64,000 bases of DNA, from NCBI GenBank assembly GCA_051530055.1, contig CM121342.1, positions 1,832,797 through 1,896,796 on the forward strand, given 5' to 3'. Source of the DNA: Neoechinorhynchus agilis. Taxonomy: Eukaryota > Animalia > Acanthocephala. The position numbers and the translations under genes were made by a program. A model generated the notes under the pieces. It searched no databases. It was not told the origin of the DNA and saw nothing but the letters and a program-made list of their open reading frames with translations. Positions 36,074 through 48,699 of this stretch are shown here, piece after piece. Within the stretch, counting starts at the first letter, position 1. Each line of letters starts with the position of its first letter.

Positions 36074-39000
36074 ATGTCCGAGAGTAAACATTCTCTGCCG
36101 AATCTTTTTTCGCTTCTCCTTCAACCAAGCACAATTGAACAGTACAAACAGGCAGATGACGAATCCATTTGTGATCTAATCACTGCAATCTACACTAGAA
36201 TCGAGATGTATGAAGGAAACTCTGCTGACCGCATCCAATGTGATCTCAGTTGGCACTTAATGCTCAAGGCGGTGTCAATGATCCATTGGAAAGTTAGCCT
36301 TATGGTTTCTCGTCTTGGTCTTAATATTAGCTTTTTAGCTATACAACGATTGCAGGAAATTATTGTCGATCACGCCTACCACAACGATCGTCTCAATAAA
36401 TTTGCAAACATTATTTTCTCTTTATGGGTAATAAAAGTTAATTTAAGCAATTATGAAGTTGAGCGGTCAGTCAAAATTTCGGATAAAGTCTCTATTGCCG
36501 CCATGAGCACTGAATCATCAAGGCGAGATCATGCCAATGAATTGATTGAAGAAGCTGTCGCTACGCTTGAGGAATTTTTGGTCGCGCGGGAAAATGTTTT
36601 ACGTGTCAGTAGCGAATGTTTTGTCTTCGGAACCCAAGAAAAATCAATAAAATCTACGTATGATCTTGAAAAGGCTGTCGTCGTTCAATTCGAGTCAATT
36701 GCTGATCTTATTAGACTTGAACTTGGGAATTGGTATTTGTCTGTTGGCTCACTAAGTCAAGCCAAGTTGCAATTTGCTTCTAGCACAGATGCGAAGTCAC
36801 ATTATCATTTCTTGGAATCTATTGAGTCTATTAATACAATCAGTTGTGGGGAAAATTCAGATTTATCGGCACTGCCCGGTCATCGTTTGTACGAGCTTCT
36901 TTTAGCGGACAACGAGAAAAGATCGATGGATTATTGTGATCGTCTTAAATTAGCAGGAATGTACGAAGACAGTTTAAGACGTGATATTGTACAAAGCATG
37001 AACTGTATCCTTTCTCTAATCGATTCTCACTTCACGTTCGATCTCTCTTATCTGCCCGAACTCACCCATCTCGCTCAAGGTCTCAATGAATACATAGAAA
37101 AACACCGTTCATTTGTTCCTAAAGTATCCGAATTTCTTGAATTTTTCTTTGCCGATCTAAATCAACCGACCATCGATCAACTTTCTGATATGCGACACAC
37201 GCGTCCGATAATGGCAAACCTTTTTTGTCTTCGACAGGAAAAAGCTGAAGAAGACATGCGCCTAATCTCTGACGATCAAGAATTCGAATTAATGCGTTCT
37301 ATATTGCGATCGTCAATCGGTATTCCCGTACCTGAGCACCAATATGAGTTCATCTCACAACGAAAAGGAACCATTCGCAGTATATACAAACGATGTTTTA
37401 GAGAAAACCAATCGATAGTCAATCAAATTCAGTCTTCACTTACAAAAACAACTGTGTTTCACGTAGACCCTTTCATTCAATCAGCAATTGCTTCTAATTA
37501 TCGACGATATAGCGAGTACGAAAAATCCTACAAATTGCTCGAACAAATTGTTGAATCGCATCCCGATGATATAGAAATATCGATCCGACTCGAAATGCTG
37601 CATGTGGAAATCAATACATTCTTGGCAAATGGAAATTTCACAGAGTCATCGGAAACTGCACTTAGGCTAGGCATTTTTTGTAGAACAGCAAAAGACGAGT
37701 GCACTGGACAAGGTGAAGTGGCCCCATTGAGAGAATTGCCATTTTTAGCGATGTATAAGGCTGACTCGGCTTAAAGCATAGCGCTATGCATCAGTTTGCT
37801 TGTTAGCGAGACATGTAAGGATGTGTGTGGTATTAGTCCGCATAATTAGTTTCTGTTTAGCTATAGTCTTGCCGTTTATAGTTATTTCCTTTCAATGTCA
37901 TCCATAAATTGGTTGTTTTCTGACGCGTAGAAAAATTAAAATGATATTGTTTTTAAAATCCGGTTGGTTTCAGAGGCACACAATCTTGTACGCTTTTTGA
38001 TCAAGGTTGCTTGTAAGTTTCACACAGTTAAAAAAACGTACAATAAAACCTTTGAAACCAATCGGATTTTAAAATAAAATCATTTTAATTTTTCTGCGCA
38101 CCAGAAAACAACCAATATGAACAGTTCAAACAATCCATTAATTGCTTCTGTCGTCGGCCAGTCGAGGGTGTGCGTCCAAGGGTAAGGTAGAATTTGTGGA
38201 GCAATAAGGACAGAGCTTTAGAACTTGATCTGTTGTTCATGCGGAGGCCCCCCGTACCGTCAAAATTGCTTTGTTGTTTAGTTCTAAGCGACTTGCTTCA
38301 TAACCTATTTGATTTATTTGTGATAAGTTTTGCACAAAGTACTTAACAATGACTGATGAGGCGACGTTACCTCGCGAAATATCTCAAATAAATCAACTAG
38401 GTTATGACCGGGATTATGTTCATCAAAAGTGTACTTTGATTAACACGAAGTATTTTCTATCGATGATTTAGTTTTTAGGTTGTTCTCGGGCATCCACGGC
38501 ACTTGTTTCATGGTGTTTATAAGTTTCTCGCATATCAATAGTAAATGTTTAAACATACAGGACGAATTGCGCACTTAAAGTTAGTGCAGGGTTTATAATT
38601 TTGAAGTTTAAAGCATTATTCGCATTTCGTCTTTTGTGCTTCAAAGGATTTCTTAACCAGCCTGGAATCCATTCAAGCAATCAAGACCTACTTTGCTCTA
38701 TTTTGGCGTTTCTTATTAGCGTTGCAGAATACGAGTACATGAGGATGGAAATGAGTTCCGAAACGCAGAATGGTTTAATTGTAGCTGCGAAGAGAATAGC
38801 CTTGGTTGTTGATATGGTCGATGAACAGTCCCGGTTGGACAGTCTAAATCTTATCGAAAAATCGTTTTTCGCCGAATCCCGTTCTTCTACAAACGAAGCA
38901 GCAGATTTCACGCGTGTATTTACTGTAATCAACAGTCTAAGTGCAATTACTGCATTTCGTGGATTCTTTGCTTCTCTCAATTCTCGACGTAAAGAACTTT

Positions 39001-39629
39001 CGCAAGTACGCCTCTTGGATCAATGCATTGAAAAATGCCTTAAATCGTCCATTGAAATCAATACACTGTGCATCGACACACATCGATCCGAAGGCCATTT
39101 GCTTATAGCAGTCGACCGTCTGGACGAAGCCATTAATCGTTTCCTGTCGGCGTTTATTATTGAATCAAGCGCGTTTTTCTGTGAGCCTTTACCAAACTGC
39201 AGAGACTATTCTCTGTTTAATGAATGCAAACTTGATGTCATAAAGAGTCTTTTGGCTTCTCAACATCCTACTGAAGCTTTAATACTCTCACAATTCCTTA
39301 ACTTATCCACTCAGACCGACGTTGCTCAATTCGCGATTGCTAGTATTGAACGCGGTGGGCTTAGAGTCAATGAACGATTTTTCCGAGCTTTGTTCAATGC
39401 CGACGTCATTGGCTATGTTGCTAGAGAACTTGAAGAATTAAGCTTTTTGGATAAACTGAAAATGGTAATAAACACAATATCTCAGTTCGACACGAGTACA
39501 GATTATGTCGCCGACGGAAATAAGCTAAGTGCAAAGCGAATAAGGGCAAGATGTATTGTTTACCTCATGATTGAATTGGCACTGGCGCACTTTAAACTCA
39601 TCGATTTTACTTTTTTTCCTCAAACATAG
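36074..39629 (+). CDS. INTS8: Integrator complex subunit 8; intron ~37713-38646
   Basis: N-terminal (LMLKAVSMIHW, IIFSLWVIK, LELGNWY) and C-terminal (FFCEPLP, HPTEALILSQFL, ELALAHF) blocks align with INTS8 from recall; phase-1 GT-AG join; extra small exons possible. Confidence 0.8.
37908..38116. mobile_element. MITE-like palindromic element in the INTS8 intron
   Basis: ~70-bp imperfect inverted arms (attggttgttttctg...ttaaaatccggttggtttc / gaaaccaatcggattttaaaa...cagaaaacaaccaat); related sequence at ~3115-3180. Confidence 0.65.
38299..38407 (+). ncRNA. Minimal hammerhead core (38353-38383) enclosed in a long stem
   Basis: tga-CTGATGA-g-GCGA-cgttacc-TCGC-GAAA-tatc-tca; flanks tcataacctatttgatttatttg / caaataaatcaactaggttatga are complementary. 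Confidence 0.6.
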
Positions 39630-39957
39630 GTGAAAATAACTGGAAAAGGGAGTCGAACCGTGTAAATAAAAAGTATAGGATTGTACGAGGTTGACGGAAG
39701 GGTCGCAGTGACTTTATAATACGTAAATAGAATAATTAAAGAAAAAATATCTTGTAAACACGCAATTTAAAAACTACTCAATATAACTTTGATTTATTCT
39801 CTGTGTTTTGACAAATGCATTGATCACATTTTTACGGTCTAAACTTAAGTAATTTCGATAAAGATTTTAGATCTGAAATTAACACGTTGTTCTCAATATT
39901 ACAATTATCGAGTTTTGTTTTTAAATGGACACTTGGGTGGGTTGTTGTAATGATTAA

Positions 39958-41491
39958 AAAATCTTTATTCTCGAGCTTTCGCCATCTCAAGGCTTCCTCA
40001 GGAATCTACAAAGGCTCGTGGGGGTGATGAAGTGCGTTTTAAAGTAGCGAACATTGAAGCGAAAAGTTCGTCCCGCCTGTTTGCTGATACGCAGAACTCT
40101 CTGCAGAATCGCCATTCCTTCCCATCCAAACAACCGGGATGTTACTAGTGGCTCGGTGATATAACTCGTGTGGAAAATTTTTACCTATTTTTCGCTGTGG
40201 TACGCTGAGTTATGCTTTACCCATGATTCTTGATTCAGTGCGTTGTGAGCGTGTTCCGTCAAACGTTGACGCAACGTTTCACATCTCCACACGCCTTTGT
40301 AGATTCCTGAGCTTAAGCCGTAAGGCGGTGAAAGCTGTAAAATCAAGTAGTATTTCACAAGATTATGAACATGCTGTTGAACAAATCGATATTTCCTAAT
40401 GTCACAAGCTACATGGCGGTGTTACAGGGGTTGAGTGGTCAAGAGCAGCGAATTCTATTCCTCTAGAGATATCTTGGAACAGTATTTTTCCGTCATTTAT
40501 AAAAATAAAATTCGCATCCCAAGAAAACTTGGCACATTTAAACGAATATGTCCCAAAATCAAGAGAAACGTGGCACAATTTCCATTCGTTGAAGGACAGT
40601 TTAGATCGATCATGACAGATTATGAAGGCCGATCATAGTATTTTGAAAGATTGTGCGCAATACTGAGAAGCGGATTGCGAAAGATTGTATGAGAGGCAGG
40701 AAAATAACACGGTACAGTGTAGCAATGAGAGCGAGAGAACGGAATGATTATGAGAAGCTAGGCCTCGGTTCCATTTCGAACGGCGAGTGATCGCAATTCC
40801 TAGAGCTGATGATTACACCGAGAGACGTTTGCTCCAGGTGCCGGAAGGATGGAAGGTCTCACGAATCCTTCAAAGGATCAGAAACCTAAATCGAATATAA
40901 TTCGATCAACAAGTCGATTCGTACTTCATAGGGTGACAAAGGCGGCGACCTGATTACGATCTATCAAGAGGAACTAATGCGGGATCCGACCACATATATG
41001 ACGGGATCAAAGGACGATTGCGAATTAAAGCGCAAGAAGTTGAACAGCATCTTTCGTGAAGTGATAGCCGCAAGAGATTTGAAAGGAATGAGTGGTTTCA
41101 TTTATGAACCGTTGCGGATGCCCTTGATGTATCTAATGGCTAAAATGCACAATATGCCGGTTTGACAACAGCGTCTTCGCTTAAATGCAGATCAATTATT
41201 TCGGTCGTCAATGAACCTGCGAACCCACTATCTCGCTTCCTGGCCATAACGATTGACCCACTGATTCGGAGAACGAATTCAAATTTGCGGAATGTAGAAG
41301 GCTTACTTAATTCTCTGAATGTGCGATACAATGACTTGAATGGTAGCCAAGTTATGTCTTTTGATTTTGTCTCACTCTATACGAAAGTCGAGAATGAAGG
41401 AGCGATACGTGCACTCGAGAAGCGGTCAAATGAGAACAAAGAGAACCTAAGCCCATTCGGAATGCTACCGATGGACGTCTTCAAAAAATAA
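39958..41491 (+). mobile_element. Decayed Penelope-like element with inverted and direct pLTR-like segments at its 5' end
   Basis: GDKGG..RDPTTY, PLMYLMAKMHN, SFDFVSLYTKV; 5' flank carries a hammerhead repeat on the minus strand (39973-40001) and a degenerate plus copy (40307-40337). Confidence 0.7.
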
Positions 41492-41571
41492 AATAGAATC
41501 GTGTGAAGGAAATTTTTTGGTGAAAATATCAAGTTTGCAAAATTAGAAGTATGTGAGTATTTCTTAAGCAC

Positions 41572-42689
41572 CTACGCAATTTCCCAATAAAAAATGAAAT
41601 TTTTATTAATCATATATATTTCACCAAAAGTTAACACGTACATTGCTAGTTCATTTCCACTATGAAAACGGTCAAGATTGAGTTTATAGTTTGCAACTTG
41701 AAATTCACTGTATTCATCTTGCAATTCGAAAAATCTCGTCTCTCGGTGAAACACCTGGAAACATTTTTGCAGTCGAACAAGAGCCTTAAAATATCTTTCA
41801 GTCAATGCCCTACTTTTCGCAGGGTACGAATGACCATTGTGGGTTTCGAATACAAACTGTTTGACGTGAAGACAGAGATAATCAATATCCTGTTCCTCCA
41901 AAAAGTTTAGCTCTGCTCCTTCAATGTCCATTTTTAGAACATCAATTGTTCTAAATTGGAGTCCAGCATATCGAAGAAATGCTGGAAGTGTTAAGGTTGA
42001 TTTTGGCGCAGGTGCGTGACCCGTGAATTTTGATTGACCGTATCCGAGTTTATGAAAGTACCATTTAGGTTTGAACTCAACGGAAACTCCATGTCCAATT
42101 TGGTTTTCCACTTCGACAGGAAGTAAAAACGGGTCCAGCGAATGAACTTCGCAGCCGTAAACTCGATTCATCATTTCGTCAAATGTTGCACACTGTTTAC
42201 AATCACTTATTCCATAGGACAGGACGAGGCAATTTGAAATGAAAGCCAATTTCTCCTTTCTTTACATTCAATGGAGCCAAACGGGCAGAATATTATTGGT
42301 TAACTTCTACAATTCGACTAGGATACTTCTATTGCTTTTGTTATTGGTGTGGCAATTTTCGATAGTGAGAGAAAAAACATTGATCGATTCAAAAATACCA
42401 TTCGTAAAGGAGAGAAAGGCTGTATGGGTCCCACGCCTTCGTCCATGCAAACAAACCAAAGTGAATCGACTCTTCCATGTGTTTCATTTTTGTAAGATTC
42501 GTTGGGATACTCTCGTTGTTCAACTAAAGAAACATCTCCTACTCTCACTTGATTTTTGCAATCGTATTCATTGTTTAATTTTATTCGAATGCTTTCCTTG
42601 ACGTAAGGTTTTATTTTCCATAAAAGCAGTACGGAAAAAAATATAGCCCACAAAATCAAAGCGTACGCTAAAGTTTTTATCAAAGCCAT
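41572..42689 (-). CDS. Type II membrane SAM-dependent methyltransferase (Methyltransf_22/METTL24-like), at least one intron near 42.26-42.40 kb
   Basis: N-terminal TM helix; WFVCMD, CLVLSYGI, GCEVHSLDP, IDVLKMDIEGAE, QFVFETH motifs. Confidence 0.75.
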
Positions 42690-43232
42690 GCCTTTTAAAA
42701 CTAAGCCAAAAAGACGATATTATACGCATGTGTAAGATGTTAAGTCATGAAGCCTATGGAGGGTTTGTGCGTGACTCATGTATGCTTCGCCGCTAACGCC
42801 ATTACCGCCGTTTATATAATGTTGAATTCCTTGTTTATACTTTTGTCAGAAGTGATCAAATTTTATCTTCATCCCAGAAAAATATACCAGGATTATGTAA
42901 AGTTCCGTTAATGATATTCGTTCGTTTAAAATTTTATAGTGAAACGATGTTTAATCAGTTGTGAAAATTAGATGTTGAAAAATCGCAGTTTTTAATTTAC
43001 ACTAAAGGTCGCTTTTTGAGAGTCTTTTAATCTATAAGATGCGTTAAATGAACTACTTGAGTGATGCTTAAATCAGCAAAATTTAAAAATCTTTTTTTAT
43101 TCTACGTCAAAATTACATCAATAAATACGTGATGATGACTTTATTGTCCCAAAAGCGCAAATAGTCACAACCATATAAATGCAAACTACTATTTGTTTCT
43201 CTCTTTAAACGCGCAACGATTTTAAATAATCT

Positions 43233-44397
43233 TTATTTTATAATCAACAAATGCAAGCGCATGAAACAAATGTGCACGAAATCGTTGAGTTGTTTCTGCA
43301 GATAGAATATTTCGGAACCCATGAATACACTGGAAATCTCTGTAAATTGGGAAACTTTGCTAAAAATCAGTTTTGTTTTTATCTTTAAAGAAAGATTTTC
43401 CAAGTATAAAATCGGTAAAATTCGAGTAAGCATCTGAAACAAATCCTGATTGGACCATCCTGTCCATTTCAAATGGATTTTTCCTTCGAAAACGCTAGAC
43501 TTTTTGATTAAGTTCGGCTTCTCTTGACTAAGTTCCAAGGACGTGAATCGTCGATTGCTAATTACAAATGTAAGAAAGTTACATCGACCACACTTAATCC
43601 ATTGTTCAAATCTTCCAATAAGTATAGACAAATCTTTGGATGCGTAAGCAACGATATCAGTTACAATCGAACATAAATCCCTATTGTTTTTCACTCCCTT
43701 TCCAATATCGGCGATATATCTTTTTAAATTATCGTCCTCTTTAGATTGAACAACTTCGATAAAATACTCATCTGCTTGGATCTTTAATTTCTTTAGCTTA
43801 CACATACATCGAGGTTCGACACAATTACGCATGTACGTTTCAAGTGTTTGTTCGCTTTCCAATCGATTTTGTTGAAGAATTTTCTCCAAGTTTAAAACAG
43901 ACAGATCGTTAAATGAATACTTATCGCGCTGTTTATAACTGGATAGTTATAAAAAGCTTCTTACTTAGATCTGCATTTATATCTCCAAAATCTATCTTTA
44001 TTTCTTTATACCGACAATAATCCATGCAATGCCAAATGAGATCTTCTCGGACGAGAGTAGGAAACAGATCGTAAGATTCACATACTTTATAATTACTAAT
44101 ATCGAACTTCTTATATTTTCCGTATTGCTCGTAATCGCGCTGAAATTCCTTCGATAGTTGTGCGTACTGAGTACTGATTTTCTCTAAGTCACTTTCTCTT
44201 GTCTTTACTACTTCGGCGTAATCAGCCAATGATTTCTGAGTGGCACTTGTGTATGAGTCAGATATGTGCTTCTTAGCCTCGTTCTCGCTCGTCTTCATTG
44301 CTTGGTTGCTCATCAAAGACGTTGTTGCATACTCATGCTTTAAGCATGATTTGGGATTGCTTTGAAGAAATCCACGCCAGAATCTGTTATTACTCAT
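43233..44397 (-). CDS. Two adjacent ORFs, possibly one highly divergent ORC/CDC6-like AAA+ protein; junction unresolved
   Basis: DIVAYASKDLSILIGRFEQWIKCGRCNFLTFVISN has the same D..W..IxN spacing as ORC1 Walker B to sensor 1; no intact Walker A. Coding is likely, the family call is weak. Confidence 0.35.
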
Positions 44398-44504
44398 CTA
44401 AAATTGTGCACGCATTTCTTGTTAAGATAGCAAACTTAGACACCGAAGAAAAAATCAACTAAGCTAAAGAGTCCCTATAAACCCTCGAGTTCTGATTGGA
44501 AAAT

Positions 44505-45370
44505 GAAAATAGCTATTGATTTTGGAGTGGATTACGAGTCCGGGCGGGTGGCAATATCCGGTTGGGTTGGAAAGTGTGGTTTGGTGGGAATTGGTGTTTA
44601 TTGCTTGCAGGAGCGCTTATAAGGCTGATCTTTCCTCAGAATCATTTCAGGTTATGATATCCAAGGAGCGTTTTTATAGGAGGTTGCGAGGTCAAGGGAG
44701 GATGAAACGAAGTAGGATTACGAGTGTTGTACTCGTGTGAAAATGGAGAAGATATGTGGAAGAAATTGCGGTGATAGGGTTGAGAGACGTTTTGATTGCT
44801 TTATGAAAATAGTATCAAGGCATTCGGTGAGAGGGTGAAAGTCACCTGTCCAAATTTTAGATGCTCTTTTATGAACAATTTCAAGACGGCGGATTAGCGA
44901 TTTGGAAAGGTTGCAAAATACGGGATAAGCGTAGGTGAGGGAAGGTAAAATAAAGCAGAAGTAAAATTTGTAGAGATCGTGTGAAGGGATTCCTAAATGT
45001 GGGATGCGTTTGAGGAGATAAATTTTAAAGCGTTGTGCTTGAGGGGTAGAGTGATGTGCAAGTCCCGTTTCAGATTTTATTGAAATCGGATACCCAGAAT
45101 TCTCAGGGAGGTTACTCGTAGGATGTCACTTAGAAGCTCAGGCGGTGATGTGGCGTTGCGGGAGAGAGGGCACCATTTCGAAGCATTTAGAGAAATTGAA
45201 GTGGTGTTTGTGATTGGTGCAGGAATCTTTTATGTGTGTGATTTCTTTAGAATTTAAGGAAAGGGAGAGGTGGGGTGGTGAATCGGTGATGTGGGTGATA
45301 TCGTCGGCGTATAAGAAGAGTTTAGGGTGAGAGAGGTTTGAGGTTGTTTTGAAAAATATTAAAGAGAAGT
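44505..45370 (-). mobile_element. L2/CR1-group LINE 3' fragment, close copy of 9250-10150
   Basis: Long near-identical blocks, including FLYADDITHIT. Confidence 0.85.
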
Positions 45371-45519
45371 GATATATTTCGATGACAATTTTTCTAAAGT
45401 GCAACCAATTATTTTTCGATATTATTTGCGAGACCCCTTTTCTTTCAAAAAATTGATACTAAATTAATCAAAGGATGAAAAATAATTTAATATTTCGAAT
45501 TTTAAGCCATAAGATCATT

Positions 45520-45840
45520 CACACCACCGCTCTGGATCACTCAGCTGCCGTCCTGGTGTAGCGGTCGAAAGTACGGATGCAGCGTTCCCTCGTTGCACAG
45601 CCAGACGAATGTTTTGTAGGAGGAATGCTCCTGATCTCGGATCGCCAGTGATTCGTCTCAATCGCTTGACCAGGTCCTGCGCTGCGGGACCAAACGACCC
45701 GAGCGTCTCGACGCCAAAGGGAATGAAATAATGATTTTGTCCTTCTGCGTTCCTCAGCGGCGTTTGCTGCCCCCTGGTTTAATGGTGGCGAATTTTATGT
45801 TGTTGGCTGCGAACGCGTCCACGCACGTAGCGTCCTACGT
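45520..45840 (-). mobile_element. CRE-like element 3' fragment (RLE C-terminus)
   Basis: TCVDAFAANNI...AANAAEER, and a QRGN-type motif (gtgcaacgagggaacgctgca). Confidence 0.7.
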
Positions 45841-46104
45841 TAAACTAAGATCAAATCAATCACAGAAGCTTATATTTTGAAGAAATGAAGGCAATGACAA
45901 TTTTTGCTTCGCTGAATTTTAGAATGTTGACACTTTTATCGTTTAGTAGCATGATAATTATTTACATGCAAAATTTCGATAACAATTTTTCTAAAGTGCA
46001 ACAAATTACTTTTCGACATTATTTGTGATTATGATAGAAAATAACAAGCCAATAAAATCGACCCCTTTTCTTTCAAAAAATTGATACTGTAAGTAATAGT
46101 TTTA

Positions 46105-46532
46105 GCCGCAATATAACCTCACTATGCCAATTCCGTGCCTCAGTCAATTCTCTTTCGCTGTTGTTCAATCTTACGTTTTTGAACTTCCCACCACACATTT
46201 CTCCTTTTACTCACGCTTACAACATTCGTCGCCTCAACATTTTCTATCCTTCAGTTCCTCGCACAAATCTCTACTTCCGCTCTTTCTTTGCCACTGCTCA
46301 ATAATCCAAATGCGAATTGATTCGGAGGAAAGAACGGAAAACAACAACTAACAATTAACCAACCAAATCAACTTACCTAAGATACAGGTTAAAGAGCGGA
46401 AAACAACAATTAACAGTTAAAGTTTTGTAACTCAAAGATGGACCGTCCATAACTAACAAGTCTCACAAGATACCTTAGGCGCATTGTTCGGTGGCTTGTA
46501 TTTTCCCAAATAAAACGTGTTATTATTATAAC
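46105..46532 (+). mobile_element. 3' end of an L2-like LINE
   Basis: HAYNIRR...PRTNLYFRSFF-type terminus; ends aataaaacgtgttattattata. Confidence 0.55.
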
Positions 46533-46539
46533 TCTGGCC

Positions 46540-47620
46540 ACACGTCGGTCCTTATTACTCCCTCTAGACCACCTCAGCGCTCAAAAATCACCTCGTTTAC
46601 TATTCTATGATAAACGTGATCATCACATCCACAATTTTATAAAAAAATTCAACTCTAACATTTGCACATTCCACTCTGACAACACAAATGACCCTTCCTT
46701 GGCCATGTCCTTCCAAACCTCAATGATAAAAAATTCACTAACTTCGACAATTCCCGACAAATTCATTAGAATATCCAACCGCGAACCACCATGGACAACC
46801 TCCACCTTGAAACTCTTTCAAAAGTAAGCATCTGAGGCCCATCGCAATAACTCTCAAGACTTCACTCGTTTATAAAAAGCACCAATTATCAAAATACTTG
46901 TTGCCCGCAAAAACTTGCTTTGCTCCAAAATTCGTTACGCCAGCCTGATCCCTTCCCAAATTGGCCCTCCACTGAATTAAAACAGGTTTTAGGCTCCATC
47001 AACCAGAACCTCTGCCCTGACTCAAATTACAATCATTGCTCCACATCTGACACTACACAATTTTTCACGCTCACATCTGAAACAGTTGTCAATTCACCGA
47101 TACTCCCCTCAGTTTCGTCATATGAAGTCCGCCAACATCTCAAGATATTACATAGAAATTCGTCCTCACAATCCGAAATTCCAAACTGGGCTCTTCGCTA
47201 CATCATCCCCAAACTCATCTACCCTCTTATCCACATTATAAACCACACCTTTTTATATGGCGAAAACTGCTAAAGTTATCCTTCCGAAAAATTGATATCC
47301 GACTTCCACCGAATCACTCCGTCCAATATCTATTCTACCCGCTCTTTCAAAAATCGTCGAAAAATGTTTCAAATCTCGCCTTCTTTCACTTATCAACGGA
47401 TTTTGGCCAAAATTTTCTGCAATCGATGCCCTACTTTCCATTTATGACACGTTCAAACGTAAACTTGACAATGATCCCTCCCATGTCATTCGTTTCATTC
47501 AAATGTATTTAGCGAAAGCATTCGACACCGTCGACCATTCACTTCTTCTCCGGGCCTGCTCCGATTTTGGTCTCAACTTGTGGCTGATCCGCCGGGCTTT
47601 ATGAGTAAGATCAATAACTA
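46540..47620 (+). mobile_element. L2/CR1-group LINE internal fragment
   Basis: Similar to 10250-11350 inverted (REPPWTT, LRPISILPALSKIVEK, YLAKAFDTVDHSLL). Confidence 0.85.
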
Positions 47621-47743
47621 ACTCCAGCAATCACAGCGAATTTTTCAAGTTCATGTACTGAATCGGCGATGGATTCTAATCTATGACCAGCAAAGACGCT
47701 ATTGTTTCTAAAGATCACTTAATCTCAGGTAAAATTAATGGGT

Positions 47744-48690
47744 TTATGCCCCAAGTGGGTACCTGGTTGAATGTGAGAGATCGCCTGCGGAATGGCTAAC
47801 ACCTTTGGGCGGTGGAAATTGAGTAACATGTCTGGTTGGACTAGAGACTGGACTATCTGATGGGTGCTCTTTTAGCTGTGAAGGCGGTGGCGGTATTGTT
47901 TGTAACATTGGATAATCATTCGTGGGATGGTGTGCAGGAAGGGTTGCATATGGATATAACATTGGTGATTGTACAAGTTGATAGAGGGCAGCCATAACCA
48001 ATCAAGCATGATTTGAGACGGTTATTGTCTGGTTGGATCATCGACTGGATAGACTAGTCCAAACAGGATATCATTCAGTCGAAACTGAGATGGTGGCATC
48101 CACTTCTGTTGCGCTTGATGATGCACTGTAATGATTATTAGGTGATGGAACACGGGATAGCAGTTCCCCATGCTTGTTTCAGTTGCTTTGCAGTTTGCGG
48201 CTGTTGGGGCATTTGAACACTCCCCTACTGTGGACTAGATTTAAATTCTTTATCAGGAATGGACGTCCGTTTTAGGCGAGATCATCTATTATTCACTGTG
48301 GTAGCTTCTGAAACCTTCAACGGCAGATACGAACGAGTGATTGGTTACATATTGTTTTTCATAATCAACAATCACTATCTTAGGATAAGCATTGTCCAAT
48401 TCAAATCTGCATTCATAGAAAAATATATCTGATTTCCTATAGTTTCGTTTAACACCAAAGGCTGCACTTCCGCAATTTGTAATGCCGAGAGCATTTGCCA
48501 CTTCCTTCCATTGTTTTGTGCGTGTAACCTCAAGAAATCCGTATCGATCCTTGACCAGAAGGTATAAAATATACTGATCTATCGACTTATTGGACGTTCC
48601 ATATGATTTTTAGATTACCAACTAATACTTTTCCATCTGGACGGTTATCAAGTTGAGCAAGTACATCGAGTGTACCAAGAGAGGCTCAAG
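47744..48690 (-). pseudogene. ARID1/osa-like fragment with frameshifts and stops
   Basis: IDQYILYLLVKDRYGFLEVTRTKQWKEVANALGITNCGSAAFGVKRNY...FYECRFE matches the osa/ARID1 ARID domain; Pro/Gln-rich disrupted frames downstream. Confidence 0.65.
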
Positions 48691-48699
48691 GCAACCCAC

